64,000 nucleotides of DNA, from assembly GCA_009698815.1 (NCBI GenBank), contig WLPJ01000006.1, forward strand, positions 55,081-119,080, written 5' to 3'. How positions within the stretch are numbered: position 1 is the first letter of the stretch; every line of letters starts with the position of its first letter. The stretch is from Actinomycetota bacterium (GTDB taxonomy: Bacteria; Actinomycetota; Actinomycetes; Nanopelagicales; Nanopelagicaceae). The notes beneath the pieces were generated by a model. The model was not told where the DNA came from. It did no database searches and was given only the letters and a program-made list of their open reading frames with translations. Positions 38,690 to 48,368 of this stretch are shown here, in pieces. Both the position numbers and the translations under genes were made by a program.

Positions 38690-40297
38690 ATGAGTTTTCC
38701 CACTGCTTTATCGACTACTCGGTCGGCCCCGATCATCCTTGATATTCGCCAAATTAGTAAGAGTTACCAGGGAGTGGCTGCACTTGAAAACGCGAGTCTT
38801 CAGGTTCGAAAAGGTGAAATCCATGCCGTCTTGGGCGGCAATGGAGCTGGCAAATCTACTTTGATTGGAATCCTCTCCGGAGTTACGCAACCAGATTCTG
38901 GAGAGTTTCTTCTAGAAGGCTCTGCACTAGCACCTCGAAATCCAAGGGACGCGATTAAGTCAGGTATTACCACTATCTACCAAGAGCTCTCTTTGGTACC
39001 CGCACTTACGACACTTGAAAATATCTTTCTAGGCCGGGAATTAATTATTGAGCGAGCAGGCATGAAGGTATTGCTAGATCGCAAAAAAATGAAAAATGAA
39101 GTTATTGAACTTGCCCAAATATTTGGAATATCAAAGGATGAGCTTGATATCCCGATTAGCGAATTTGGAGCTTTGAAAAAGAAAGTCATCGAGATTGTTA
39201 AAGCTTTGACTTTTGATGCTCGGATCTTAATTCTAGACGAACCAACGTCTGGCTTGGAAGAAGAAGAACGCCTTCACTTATTTGATCATATGCGTAATTT
39301 GCGTAGCAGAGGTGTCGGTCTCATTTGGGTAACCCATCATTTAGATGAACTTCATGGCCTTGCAGACGTTGCCACCATTTTCCGTGACGGCAGAACGCTT
39401 GAATCTCTAAATTTAGAAAATTCCACAGTAGGAGAAATTACAAACTTAATGTTTGGAATCCAATCAAATGAAGCAGGCTTGAGAACCAAAAATGATCGTT
39501 TACAAAAAGATGATAAGTCCAATAGACCTGAGGTTCTAAGTCTGCATGCAGTAAGTCGAGCAGGCGTGCTTCGAGATATCTCTTTTAGCTTGCATGCTGG
39601 TGAAGTTATAGGGATATCTGGATTGGCGGGCGCCGGCAGAACAGAGTTAGCAAGAGTGATCATGGGAATTGATACCCGAACTTCTGGTCAGATTTTTTTA
39701 AAGGGCAAGGAAGTTAATTTCAAATCATCTGCTTTTGCCTACAAAGCGGGTATCGCAATGCTCCCGGAAGATCGGAAGCAACTAGGAATTATTTCTGGCT
39801 TATCGGTTGCAGAAAACATTTCAATTTCTAATTTGTCAAGTGTCAGCAGGTTCGGATTTATCATAAGCCGGAAAAAAGAACGCGAATTAGCGACCAAGTA
39901 TAAAGAGATACTTTCAATTCGAACTCCAAGCGTAAATCAAAAGATAAACAATCTCAGTGGCGGAAGCCAGCAAAAAGCAATTGTCGCAAGATGTCTAAAT
40001 TCCAAGCCATCAGTTTTAATCATTGATGAGCCAACACAAGGTGTTGATGTTGCAGCAAAAACCGAAGTCCACGAACTTATTCGAGATTTTACCTCGAAAG
40101 GTGGGGCTGCAATAGTGATTGCATCTGAAATCCAAGAACTTCTAGAACTTTCTCACGAGATTTTAGTGCTCAGAAATGGCTCCATAGTAGGAAGAATTGA
40201 AAATGTTCAGAACTCTATAGAAAAGTCCCGAGTAGTAGAAATCAAAGCGGAAGTACTTGCTTTATCTGCCGGAAAAAGGTTAAAAAATGAAATTTAA
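38690..40297 (+). CDS. Monosaccharide ABC ATP-binding protein (CUT2, RbsA-like)
   Basis: Two NBDs: GGNGAGKS, LDEPT, LSGGSQQK, DEPTQGVD. Confidence 0.93.
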   Translation: MSFPTALSTTRSAPIILDIRQISKSYQGVAALENASLQVRKGEIHAVLGGNGAGKSTLIGILSGVTQPDSGEFLLEGSALAPRNPRDAIKSGITTIYQELSLVPALTTLENIFLGRELIIERAGMKVLLDRKKMKNEVIELAQIFGISKDELDIPISEFGALKKKVIEIVKALTFDARILILDEPTSGLEEEERLHLFDHMRNLRSRGVGLIWVTHHLDELHGLADVATIFRDGRTLESLNLENSTVGEITNLMFGIQSNEAGLRTKNDRLQKDDKSNRPEVLSLHAVSRAGVLRDISFSLHAGEVIGISGLAGAGRTELARVIMGIDTRTSGQIFLKGKEVNFKSSAFAYKAGIAMLPEDRKQLGIISGLSVAENISISNLSSVSRFGFIISRKKERELATKYKEILSIRTPSVNQKINNLSGGSQQKAIVARCLNSKPSVLIIDEPTQGVDVAAKTEVHELIRDFTSKGGAAIVIASEIQELLELSHEILVLRNGSIVGRIENVQNSIEKSRVVEIKAEVLALSAGKRLKNEI

Positions 40298-41300
40298 GAA
40301 TTTCTTTTTTCGAAGTGTCTCCATAACTGGAGTTCCAATTTTCGGTCTCCTAATCTTAATCGTGGCACTTTTTCAATTTGTTGTACCAATTTTTAATGCA
40401 ACAGTTGGCGACTACATCACAAATCTTGTTCCTGTTCTTTTACTCACCGTGGGTGCCGCAATTGTGATAATTGGTGGATCTATCGATCTATCAATCGGTA
40501 CAGTTTGTGGATTAAGTGCGGGAATAACAATGTGGACATTGGCGTCTGGTCTTCCAACCGCTTTATCAATTTTACTAGGCGTAGCGACAGGTACATTTTT
40601 TGGACTTCTCAATGGATTTCTTATTACAAAATTTGGAATAAATGACTTCATCGCGACATTAGCGACACTCAATATTTCCGGGGGATTACTCATCGTGTTG
40701 AGCCAGGCTACAGAGCTCTACGGAGCAGAATCTGAGTTTTTTACCTCTTTGGTATACGGCAGTTTCTTTGGTATCCCCACCTCATTTTTCATCGCGGGAG
40801 CAATCATTCTCTTGATGCAATTTTTGTTGCTCAAAACAATCTTGGGCAGAAGAATTTTTGCAATGGGAAATAGTGGAGCCGCTGCAAATGTCGCGGGAAT
40901 CAATGTTCGCAATGTAAAACTAGCGACCTTCGTATTATCAGGGACTCTGGCTGGTTGTGCTGGCGTGCTTTTGGCTTCAAGACTTGGTGGAGTTCAAGCC
41001 TTTCTGGGTCTTGGCTACGAATTTACGGCAATCGCAGGTGCGGTCGTAGGTGGCGTAAGTCTGGCAGGTGGACGAGGTTCGGCGGCGGCTGCCCTGGCTG
41101 GTGGTCTCTTCATCGGAACATTGGCACAAGGATTGCAACTTATAGGTGTCGAGCCAATCTTTTTCGGAATTGTGAGTGGTTTAGCACTGATTATCGGCGT
41201 CATCTTTGACCAAAAAATTCAGGATATTGGTCAATTGCGTTCGAGATTTGATAGCCGTGTTTTAGCACAACCTCCTCGAAAGGAGGGAGATCATGGCTAA
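40287..41300 (+). CDS. Monosaccharide ABC permease (CUT2)
   Basis: GSIDLSIG, FIATLA, GNSGAAANVAGI, YEFTAIAGAVVGG. Confidence 0.9.
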   Translation: MKFKNFFFRSVSITGVPIFGLLILIVALFQFVVPIFNATVGDYITNLVPVLLLTVGAAIVIIGGSIDLSIGTVCGLSAGITMWTLASGLPTALSILLGVATGTFFGLLNGFLITKFGINDFIATLATLNISGGLLIVLSQATELYGAESEFFTSLVYGSFFGIPTSFFIAGAIILLMQFLLLKTILGRRIFAMGNSGAAANVAGINVRNVKLATFVLSGTLAGCAGVLLASRLGGVQAFLGLGYEFTAIAGAVVGGVSLAGGRGSAAAALAGGLFIGTLAQGLQLIGVEPIFFGIVSGLALIIGVIFDQKIQDIGQLRSRFDSRVLAQPPRKEGDHG

Positions 41301-42294
41301 TCAAAGGTTTAACATTTCGATGAAAAAATTTTTGTCGGATCCTATTTTAGGTGTAATTATATTATTACTTCTCGTTGGTGGAGTTGCCTCATTTACTGTT
41401 GAAGTTTTCTTTACCTTACAAAACTTTACAAATTTCTTGAGTGGCAGCTATTTTGTGATGTTGTTAGCGATGGGAATGACCGTAGTTCTTATATCCGGCG
41501 GTATTGATTTATCTATTGGCGCCGTCATGGCCCTCTGTGCAGGAATTGTTGCAAAATTGGCCTTGCAAGGAATGTCGGTACCCTTAGTAATAGTTTGCGC
41601 ACTAGCAGTCGGCGCTTTCGTTGGTTGTCTCAATGGACTTCTTGTCACAGTTGTTGGCTTACCTGACTTCATAGCAACATTGGCAATGTCGGCTTTTGCC
41701 ACTGGAATTCTATTCATCTGGACTAAAGGCACCCCGATCGTGGGCTATATGGATGAGACTTACAAGCAAATCGGTGGGCTAGCTCCGATTTATCGCGAAG
41801 TGACAGTTCCTATGGTGATAGCAATAGTCGTTGCATTCGCTTTGGGAGCGATGTTGAAAAAAACCAAATTTGGAGTTCATCTTTTTTCAGTAGGAAGTAA
41901 CAGATTAGCGACGCGACAATCTGGAATAAATGTTACAAACATACGAATCTTGGCTTACGTGATTTCTGGAGTTTGTGCTGCTCTCAGTGGCATCATCATG
42001 GCTGGTCGAAATACCACGGTGCCACCAGATCTAGGGGGCGGTTATGAGGTTCTTGCAATAGCCGCCGCACTCATCGGAGGCGCAAGTCTGATGGGTGGTC
42101 GCGGACGAATACTGGGAGCAATACTGGGTGAAGTAGTACTTGCCATGACGATAAATATCATCAACCTTTTAGGTGTTCCGTCAAGCTATCAGAAAATTTT
42201 TATTGGTGGAATTTTGCTACTGGCAGTTTTAGTGAACCAGCTTGTCATCTCCTCGCGAACGAAAATATTGATGCGAAGTACAAATAAAAAATAA
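41293..42294 (+). CDS. Monosaccharide ABC permease (CUT2), second
   Basis: GGIDLSIG, PDFIATLA, GSNRLATRQSGI, YEVLAIAAALIGG. Confidence 0.9.
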   Translation: MANQRFNISMKKFLSDPILGVIILLLLVGGVASFTVEVFFTLQNFTNFLSGSYFVMLLAMGMTVVLISGGIDLSIGAVMALCAGIVAKLALQGMSVPLVIVCALAVGAFVGCLNGLLVTVVGLPDFIATLAMSAFATGILFIWTKGTPIVGYMDETYKQIGGLAPIYREVTVPMVIAIVVAFALGAMLKKTKFGVHLFSVGSNRLATRQSGINVTNIRILAYVISGVCAALSGIIMAGRNTTVPPDLGGGYEVLAIAAALIGGASLMGGRGRILGAILGEVVLAMTINIINLLGVPSSYQKIFIGGILLLAVLVNQLVISSRTKILMRSTNKK

Positions 42295-42365
42295 TAGATT
42301 TCTTCTACGTCGGGTAGAAGAATGCACTACAAGGATCATGAAAATGATCGAATGAAAGGATCGGA

Positions 42366-43514
42366 ATGAAAAGTACTATAAAAACAAAGACTTTGGTATT
42401 AGCTGTTATTGCCTCATTGGTGACCTTAACAATGACCGGAAGTGCCGCAAATGCCATAGGAACATTAAAACAAGACGCTCTAACAGGCACTTCGGCGACA
42501 GTTGACACTGCAGCTACAGATGCGGCAATCCGTAAATTGGTAAACGGTCGGACAATTAAGCTCGGCTTTGCTCCTCCGATCCTTTCTGAGGCTTACACCA
42601 TTGCACAACAGGGTGCATGGAACCAGATGAAAGATTACGAGACTCGGTACGGAGTAAAGTGGGTCTGGACAGAGGAAGCACCGCTGAATAATGCCCACTC
42701 CGGTGTGGAAACAACGGGCTTCATTCAGAACTATGTTGCCAAGAAGTATGACGCAGTGTTCGTATGCTCTGCTGCTCCGGCTGCAGTCATGCAACAGCTT
42801 TATAAGCAAGGTTCTGCGAAGGGTGTTGAGTTCTACCAGTTTAACTCAACGGAGCAGTTGAATCAGAAATCTCAAGCAACTGATGCAACAGCTGGCTTAT
42901 CTAGCGTGTCAAACATCAGTTATGACAATCGTTGGCAGTCCGGTGCTTTAGCAGCGCAATACATCGCTAAGGAACTTAAAGGAAAAGGCGAAATTATTAT
43001 GATCCTTGGGCCAGCAGGATCTGACTGGACAAAACTTCGCGAGCAGGGATTTAGAGCTGTCATTAAGAAGTTCCCTGGTCTTAAGATTGTTGGAGCCGCT
43101 GACGGTGGATACGTTCGCGATAAAGGCTTGACTGCTGCGGCAGACTTGTTGACCAAGTATCCAAAAATTAACGCTATCTACGGCGAAAATGAAGATATGG
43201 CACTTGGAGCATCAGCAGCAATCGACGCCGCGCGCTTGAAGCACTGGGATGGCAAGTCAGGAATCATCACTATCGGTGCTGATGGACTTGTTTCCGGTAT
43301 GGACGAAATCCGTAAAGGCAATCTGACTGCAACAGTAAATGTTGGTTATGCCGATATGGGTCGCACCATGATTCGTACCATGTTCGCACACAAAGTACTC
43401 GGCATGGATGTCGCTAAATTCATTCGAGTTCCAACAGTGATCGTCGACAAGAGCAATGTCGATATCTTCCAATCACAAATCAAGGCTGAGTTAGCCACAA
43501 AGGTTAAGTACTAG
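42366..43514 (+). CDS. Monosaccharide ABC substrate-binding protein (RbsB-like)
   Basis: Signal ending ANA; DNRWQSG, REQGF, AIYGENEDMALGA, IGADG. Confidence 0.88.
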   Translation: MKSTIKTKTLVLAVIASLVTLTMTGSAANAIGTLKQDALTGTSATVDTAATDAAIRKLVNGRTIKLGFAPPILSEAYTIAQQGAWNQMKDYETRYGVKWVWTEEAPLNNAHSGVETTGFIQNYVAKKYDAVFVCSAAPAAVMQQLYKQGSAKGVEFYQFNSTEQLNQKSQATDATAGLSSVSNISYDNRWQSGALAAQYIAKELKGKGEIIMILGPAGSDWTKLREQGFRAVIKKFPGLKIVGAADGGYVRDKGLTAAADLLTKYPKINAIYGENEDMALGASAAIDAARLKHWDGKSGIITIGADGLVSGMDEIRKGNLTATVNVGYADMGRTMIRTMFAHKVLGMDVAKFIRVPTVIVDKSNVDIFQSQIKAELATKVKY

Positions 43515-43520
43515 CCAGTA

Positions 43521-43563
43521 GTAGACGCCTGGCGCCGTAGTAATTACGACGCCAGGCATCTAC
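43521..43563. terminator. Long stem-loop after the binding-protein gene
   Basis: 19-bp stem with two C-A mismatches and a 5-nt loop. Confidence 0.55.
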
Positions 43564-43599
43564 ACCCTCAATAAAAAAGGAGTTAGAAGGGGAAATGAA

Positions 43600-45297
43600 A
43601 TGAACAAGTCGGGCACGTTAGATGCGGTTGATGTAGTCATTGTTGGATTAGGTGCTGGTGGTGGTCCCGCGGCAAAGGTATTGAGCGAGGCGGGTTACAC
43701 GGTTATTGGATTTGATAAAGGACCATGGTTGCGTCACGAAGAACACTATTCCGGAGACGAACTTAAGTTCCAAAACCGTAGCTACTTATGGCCAGATGTA
43801 AAACTTATGCCCCGCACTGTTCGCAGCGATGTAAATTCCAAAGCTAGAATTTTCAATTTCTCGCCTGTTCCCTCAAATGTTGGCGGCGGAACTAGCCACA
43901 TGGCTGGATGGACGCCAAGACCTAGACCGTCGGATTTTATTTTTAGAAGTCTCCATGGTGATTTACACGGCGCAAGTTTGGCTGATTGGCCATACCGATA
44001 CGAACATTTGGAACCATATCTCACCAAAGTTGAATGGGAGTATGGAATTTCAGGCTTAACCGGTGCTGAGAAAGGGGCAGGTTTTAGAAGCAAGCCTTAT
44101 CCAAGTGCTCCACTTCCTCCAACTCGATTTGGAAAAGCTTTCTATGACGCTTGCAAAAAACTTGATATTAACGCGTTCCCATTGCCGATGTCTCACATCA
44201 CCAAAGACAATGCATTGGGGCGAGAAGCAATAAATCGCACAAGTTTCTGGAATCAATATGGAGATCCTACGGCGACTCGATCAAGCGTAGCCACGACATT
44301 CATACCTGACGCGATCAAAACAGGAAATTTCGAAGTAAGGGCAAATTCCTTTGTAAAAGAAGTAATTGTTGATGATCAAGGGGTCGCAAAAGGCGTTATC
44401 TATGTAGATGAAGATGGCATAGAATTTCGACAAGAAGCGCGCGTCGTAATTCTTTCATTAGGCTCCATTGAATCTGCAAGATTGATGTTACTTTCTAAAT
44501 CTCGCAGATTCCCAGATGGGTTGGCTAATGATTCAGGACTAGTTGGAAAGAATGCGACATTCCACGAATACATTTTTGCAGTAGGACTTTTTGATAAAGA
44601 CTTTACTGATCCACTCTATGGATTTACCGGAAATTATCAAAGCGGTGGGTCAATGGAATTCTATGAAACAGATGAGAATCGTGGCCATATCGGTGGTGGC
44701 ATTATTGCAACCACACAAATTGGTCAACCAATTAACATGATTATGCCAGGCAAGCCTAGTTGGGGTCAGGCTGCAAAAGATTCGGATCGAGATTTCTTCA
44801 ATTACTCAATGAAAATAGGTTTCATCCTTCAGGATATGCCTCAGGAAAGTAATCGAGTTGATTTGGATCCTGATGTGAAAGATATGTGGGGGCTTCCCGT
44901 TGCACGAATTACAAATAAGCCTCACATAAACGACACGGCGATGAGCCGCTGGCAGATCAACAAAAATGTCGAAATCCTTGAGGCAGCCGGCGCTATTCGC
45001 ACTATGCCGGTTTATCTGGGCGATGAATTCACTGGAAATTCCTGCCATCAGCAAGGTTCTGTGCGTATGGGAGTAGATCCTAGAAAGTCTGTACTAAATG
45101 AATGGGGTCAAGCTCATTCTGCTGAGAACGTTTTTGTATTAGATGGTGCAGGTTTTCCAACCGCAATGGGAGTAAATCCAACTCTAACAATCATGGCTCA
45201 CTCTTGGCGCTGTGCTGATTACATCGCCAAAGTTTATCTAAAGGGCAGAACTGAGAAAACTGTTCTTGAACCGCTTAAAAATTTAGGGAGGAAATAA
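43600..45297 (+). CDS. GMC family flavoprotein oxidoreductase (gluconate 2-dehydrogenase alpha-like)
   Basis: VGLGAGG, GGGTSHMAG, HQQGSVRMG, NPTLTI (His/Asn catalytic pair). Confidence 0.9.
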   Translation: MNKSGTLDAVDVVIVGLGAGGGPAAKVLSEAGYTVIGFDKGPWLRHEEHYSGDELKFQNRSYLWPDVKLMPRTVRSDVNSKARIFNFSPVPSNVGGGTSHMAGWTPRPRPSDFIFRSLHGDLHGASLADWPYRYEHLEPYLTKVEWEYGISGLTGAEKGAGFRSKPYPSAPLPPTRFGKAFYDACKKLDINAFPLPMSHITKDNALGREAINRTSFWNQYGDPTATRSSVATTFIPDAIKTGNFEVRANSFVKEVIVDDQGVAKGVIYVDEDGIEFRQEARVVILSLGSIESARLMLLSKSRRFPDGLANDSGLVGKNATFHEYIFAVGLFDKDFTDPLYGFTGNYQSGGSMEFYETDENRGHIGGGIIATTQIGQPINMIMPGKPSWGQAAKDSDRDFFNYSMKIGFILQDMPQESNRVDLDPDVKDMWGLPVARITNKPHINDTAMSRWQINKNVEILEAAGAIRTMPVYLGDEFTGNSCHQQGSVRMGVDPRKSVLNEWGQAHSAENVFVLDGAGFPTAMGVNPTLTIMAHSWRCADYIAKVYLKGRTEKTVLEPLKNLGRK

Positions 45298-45300
45298 AAT

Positions 45301-46062
45301 ATGATCTCGAAATCTGAGTGGGAAATTGTTCCCCTAACTATCGATCCGGACTCAAGTAAAAAGCTTTTCTTTACTGATCATGAGTGGGAAACTATTGAAG
45401 CCGCAGCCGCACGAATCATTCCAACTGATCATGATCCTGGAGCAAAAGAAGCACGAGTAATCGTCTTCATCGATCGTTACCTATCAGGAATTGACTACGT
45501 GTATGCCGCGGCAGATGGAAGTGGTTTTTTGCGAATGTCTGGACGAGATGCGACTGCCGCTAGAGTCAGTAATGAAATATTTAAGGCTATGTACCGTGAA
45601 GGAGTCAAAGACTTAGATCACTTAGCGGGTGAATTTGGATCCAAAAATTTTAAGGAGAGTCCTGCAGAGACTCAAGATAGAATTTTGGAGAAGTTAAGTG
45701 GTAGGCCGAAACCAGAACCTATTCGTTTTGATATCCACGAAGTTTATTACTCTCGCCTTCAAGGAAATACCGATCAAGATAAAACTTTCTTCGACACTCT
45801 TTGTTTGCATGTTCGCCAAGGTTTTTATTCTGATCCGGTATATGGCGGTAACAAAGATCAAATTGGCTGGAAAGTCATCGGCTTCCCTGGTCCAAAGTCC
45901 CTCAAAGACACAATTGATGGTACCTACACAACTGACCCGTACTTCGTCCATGACGTGAGTTGGCCAGAACTCCTGTTGGACTTCAAGGGCGTTGCAGTAT
46001 GCAAAGTTTCGTGTGCCACCGAAGGAGGTGTCTGCTGCGGGAAATTAGAGATAGAGAGTTAG
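45301..46062 (+). CDS. Gluconate 2-dehydrogenase subunit 3 (gamma)-like protein
   Basis: AAAARIIPTD..PGAKEARV..FIDRYL, GFYSDPVYGGN, GWKVIGFPG; no twin-Arg signal. Confidence 0.88.
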   Translation: MISKSEWEIVPLTIDPDSSKKLFFTDHEWETIEAAAARIIPTDHDPGAKEARVIVFIDRYLSGIDYVYAAADGSGFLRMSGRDATAARVSNEIFKAMYREGVKDLDHLAGEFGSKNFKESPAETQDRILEKLSGRPKPEPIRFDIHEVYYSRLQGNTDQDKTFFDTLCLHVRQGFYSDPVYGGNKDQIGWKVIGFPGPKSLKDTIDGTYTTDPYFVHDVSWPELLLDFKGVAVCKVSCATEGGVCCGKLEIES

Positions 46063-46116
46063 CACCGGGGATAAAAAAGAAAATAAATTAATTTCAAACT
46101 AACGAAAGGGCATAAA

Positions 46117-46845
46117 ATGTCAACGCATCAAGAGAAACTGGATAAGTATGTGGATCGTTCCAACAGAATTATCCCAAACAAGATTGATCTAAAGCGAACT
46201 GTTGTTCACTGCTTGGATATTCAAAATCTTTGCCTATCCAAGAAAGGCTCTGACTACGTAGAAAGCGTGGGAGGAGCGCCTTCAGGAGAAGAAACGTTAG
46301 TTCAAGCAAAAAAGGTTTTGGATTTAGCGAGAGAAAAAGGAATCACTGTCAATTGGTCTATGTGGGGTATGGACCCAAATGGCTATGACATCGGAATTTG
46401 GGGATTGAAGTATCCATCTTGGCGTAAGCCAGATTCACCTTTTAATCACGGAACATTCGATGGTGCCCTCTGTGACGGGTTTGTACCGGCTAAAGGTGAG
46501 GCTCTATTGAAAAAACATCGTAATAGCAGCTTCTTTGAAACTGCATTTAATTCATGGCTACTCGAGGCAAAATGTGAATATTTAGTTATCAATGGATCAT
46601 CTACTGGTAATTGCGTACCCACAACTGCACGCGATGGTTTTGAATTGGGATATAAAGTCATCGTACTTGCCGACTCTGGAACTGCGATTCCTCTAAATCG
46701 TGGAGGTCGCAATCCAGCTTATGACAAAGATACTCCAGAAGGTTACGGTCAATACTGGGAAGGCTTGCGCAACATGCAAGCTCAATACGCTGATGTCATG
46801 TCAACAGCAGAGTTTATTGATCTTGTAAATAATTCATCAAATTGA
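46117..46845 (+). CDS. Isochorismatase/cysteine hydrolase family protein
   Basis: LDIQN, KHRNSSF, STGNCVPTTARDG: Asp-Lys-Cys triad pattern. Confidence 0.85.
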   Translation: MSTHQEKLDKYVDRSNRIIPNKIDLKRTVVHCLDIQNLCLSKKGSDYVESVGGAPSGEETLVQAKKVLDLAREKGITVNWSMWGMDPNGYDIGIWGLKYPSWRKPDSPFNHGTFDGALCDGFVPAKGEALLKKHRNSSFFETAFNSWLLEAKCEYLVINGSSTGNCVPTTARDGFELGYKVIVLADSGTAIPLNRGGRNPAYDKDTPEGYGQYWEGLRNMQAQYADVMSTAEFIDLVNNSSN

Positions 46846-46860
46846 TGGTGGGGGAGGTGA

Positions 46861-46894
46861 GCTACCTCGAAGTTGTTTACAACTTCGAGGTAGC
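46861..46894. terminator. Perfect 16-bp inverted repeat between the hydrolase and AKR genes
   Basis: GCTACCTCGAAGTTGT-TT-ACAACTTCGAGGTAGC. Confidence 0.6.
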
Positions 46895-46928
46895 AAACTT
46901 TCAGTGAATTGGAAGGAGGTGTTTGCGT

Positions 46929-47927
46929 ATGTCTAAAATTTCAGTAAGAGCGAAATTTGGTGGACAGAACTGGGATTCAACGATCTTGGGTTTTGGAACC
47001 GTGCCTCTAGGTAATTTTGGCAAGCCTATGGATTCTTCCACTGCTCATAATTTGATTGAAAGAGCCTGGGATGACGGAGTGCGTTTTTTCGATACTGCCC
47101 CTATGTATGGACACGGGCTAGCGGAATATCGTTTAATGGATTTTCTACTCAACAAGAAAAGGGAAGATTATCAATTAGTAACAAAGGTAGGGAGAACGTT
47201 ACTTCCAGCAAAACCTGGAACTTTCGATTCTGCTCCTTGGGTTGATACACCCCCATTTAAAATTGAATTTGATTACTCTTATGACGGCGTTATGCGTCAA
47301 GTTGAAGATAGCCTGCAGAGATTAGGCACATACTATTTAGATGTCGTATTGATTCACGACACAGATAGATGGACTCATGGAGATGATTACCAAGCAAGAT
47401 TCGATGAAGCGGTTGCTGGGGCAGCTAAAGCGCTTGTCAAATTGAGAGATGAAAAAGTAGTAAAGGCTATAGGGTTTGGAGTAAATGAAGTTGATGTTTG
47501 TTTGAGCGCTTTAGATCAAGTAGATGTCAATGCATTTTTAATCGCTGGCACTTACACATTGTTAAATCAAAGTGCTGGCCGGGAATTGTTACCAAGGTGC
47601 CATGCTCGCGGAGTAGGCATTATCAACGGTCGAGTCTTCGGTTCTGGGATTCTAGCAACCGGTTCAGCAGAGGGTGCCAAATTTGATTATGCGGTTGCTC
47701 CTCGGGAGATTGTCGCAAAAGTGCAAAAATTTGAAGAAGTTTGTAAATCATATGAAATCTCATTAGGTGCTGCAGCAATTCAATTTGCAGCAAGGGGACC
47801 TGCGATAGCAAACGTTTGTATAGGATCGCGAACCATTGAACAACAAACTGAGAGCTATGCCTGGTTTGAACAATCAATACCAGATGAATTTTGGGCAGAG
47901 TTAAAGAAAAAGCAATTGATCGAATAG
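46929..47927 (+). CDS. Aldo/keto reductase (AKR15-like: L-fucose/D-threo-aldose/pyridoxal dehydrogenase group)
   Basis: LGFGTVPLGN, FDTAPMYGHG, TKVGR, FDYSYDG, IHD. ATG 46929 fits the GGAGG spacing. Confidence 0.88.
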   Translation: MSKISVRAKFGGQNWDSTILGFGTVPLGNFGKPMDSSTAHNLIERAWDDGVRFFDTAPMYGHGLAEYRLMDFLLNKKREDYQLVTKVGRTLLPAKPGTFDSAPWVDTPPFKIEFDYSYDGVMRQVEDSLQRLGTYYLDVVLIHDTDRWTHGDDYQARFDEAVAGAAKALVKLRDEKVVKAIGFGVNEVDVCLSALDQVDVNAFLIAGTYTLLNQSAGRELLPRCHARGVGIINGRVFGSGILATGSAEGAKFDYAVAPREIVAKVQKFEEVCKSYEISLGAAAIQFAARGPAIANVCIGSRTIEQQTESYAWFEQSIPDEFWAELKKKQLIE

Positions 47928-47968
47928 CAGCACCACTAATACCAATAACAATGGAGAGGAACTAGAAA

Positions 47969-48367
47969 ATGTTTACGGAGTTAAAACATATTGCGCAGTT
48001 AGCGGAAGAGACTGCTAGTAAAATGGGGCTTGGAGTCGTAGTTAGTATCGTGGATGTCCATGGAAATGCGGCGTTGCTTCATCGGATGGATAAGGCACCT
48101 ATGCATTCACTAGAGATGGCTTTTAGAAAAGCCTATACCGCGGCTACTTTCAACGTTGTCACCGAAGACCTAACTGAAAAAGTTCAGCCGAATGCACCAC
48201 TATTTGGGCTTGCTGTTAATTCCGGAAGCAAATTGATTGCATTCGGTGGCGGTGCTCCATTTATAGTTTCAACAGGTGAACGTTACGGAATTGGAATTTC
48301 AGGTGGTACGACTGAAGAAGATATTGACATAATGCGCGCTGCAGTATCTGCCTTTAATAAACGTTAA
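47969..48367 (+). CDS. GlcG/HbpS family heme-binding protein
   Basis: VSIVDVHGN, RKAYTA, FGGGAP, GIGISGGT...D. Confidence 0.88.
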   Translation: MFTELKHIAQLAEETASKMGLGVVVSIVDVHGNAALLHRMDKAPMHSLEMAFRKAYTAATFNVVTEDLTEKVQPNAPLFGLAVNSGSKLIAFGGGAPFIVSTGERYGIGISGGTTEEDIDIMRAAVSAFNKR

Positions 48368-48368
48368 A

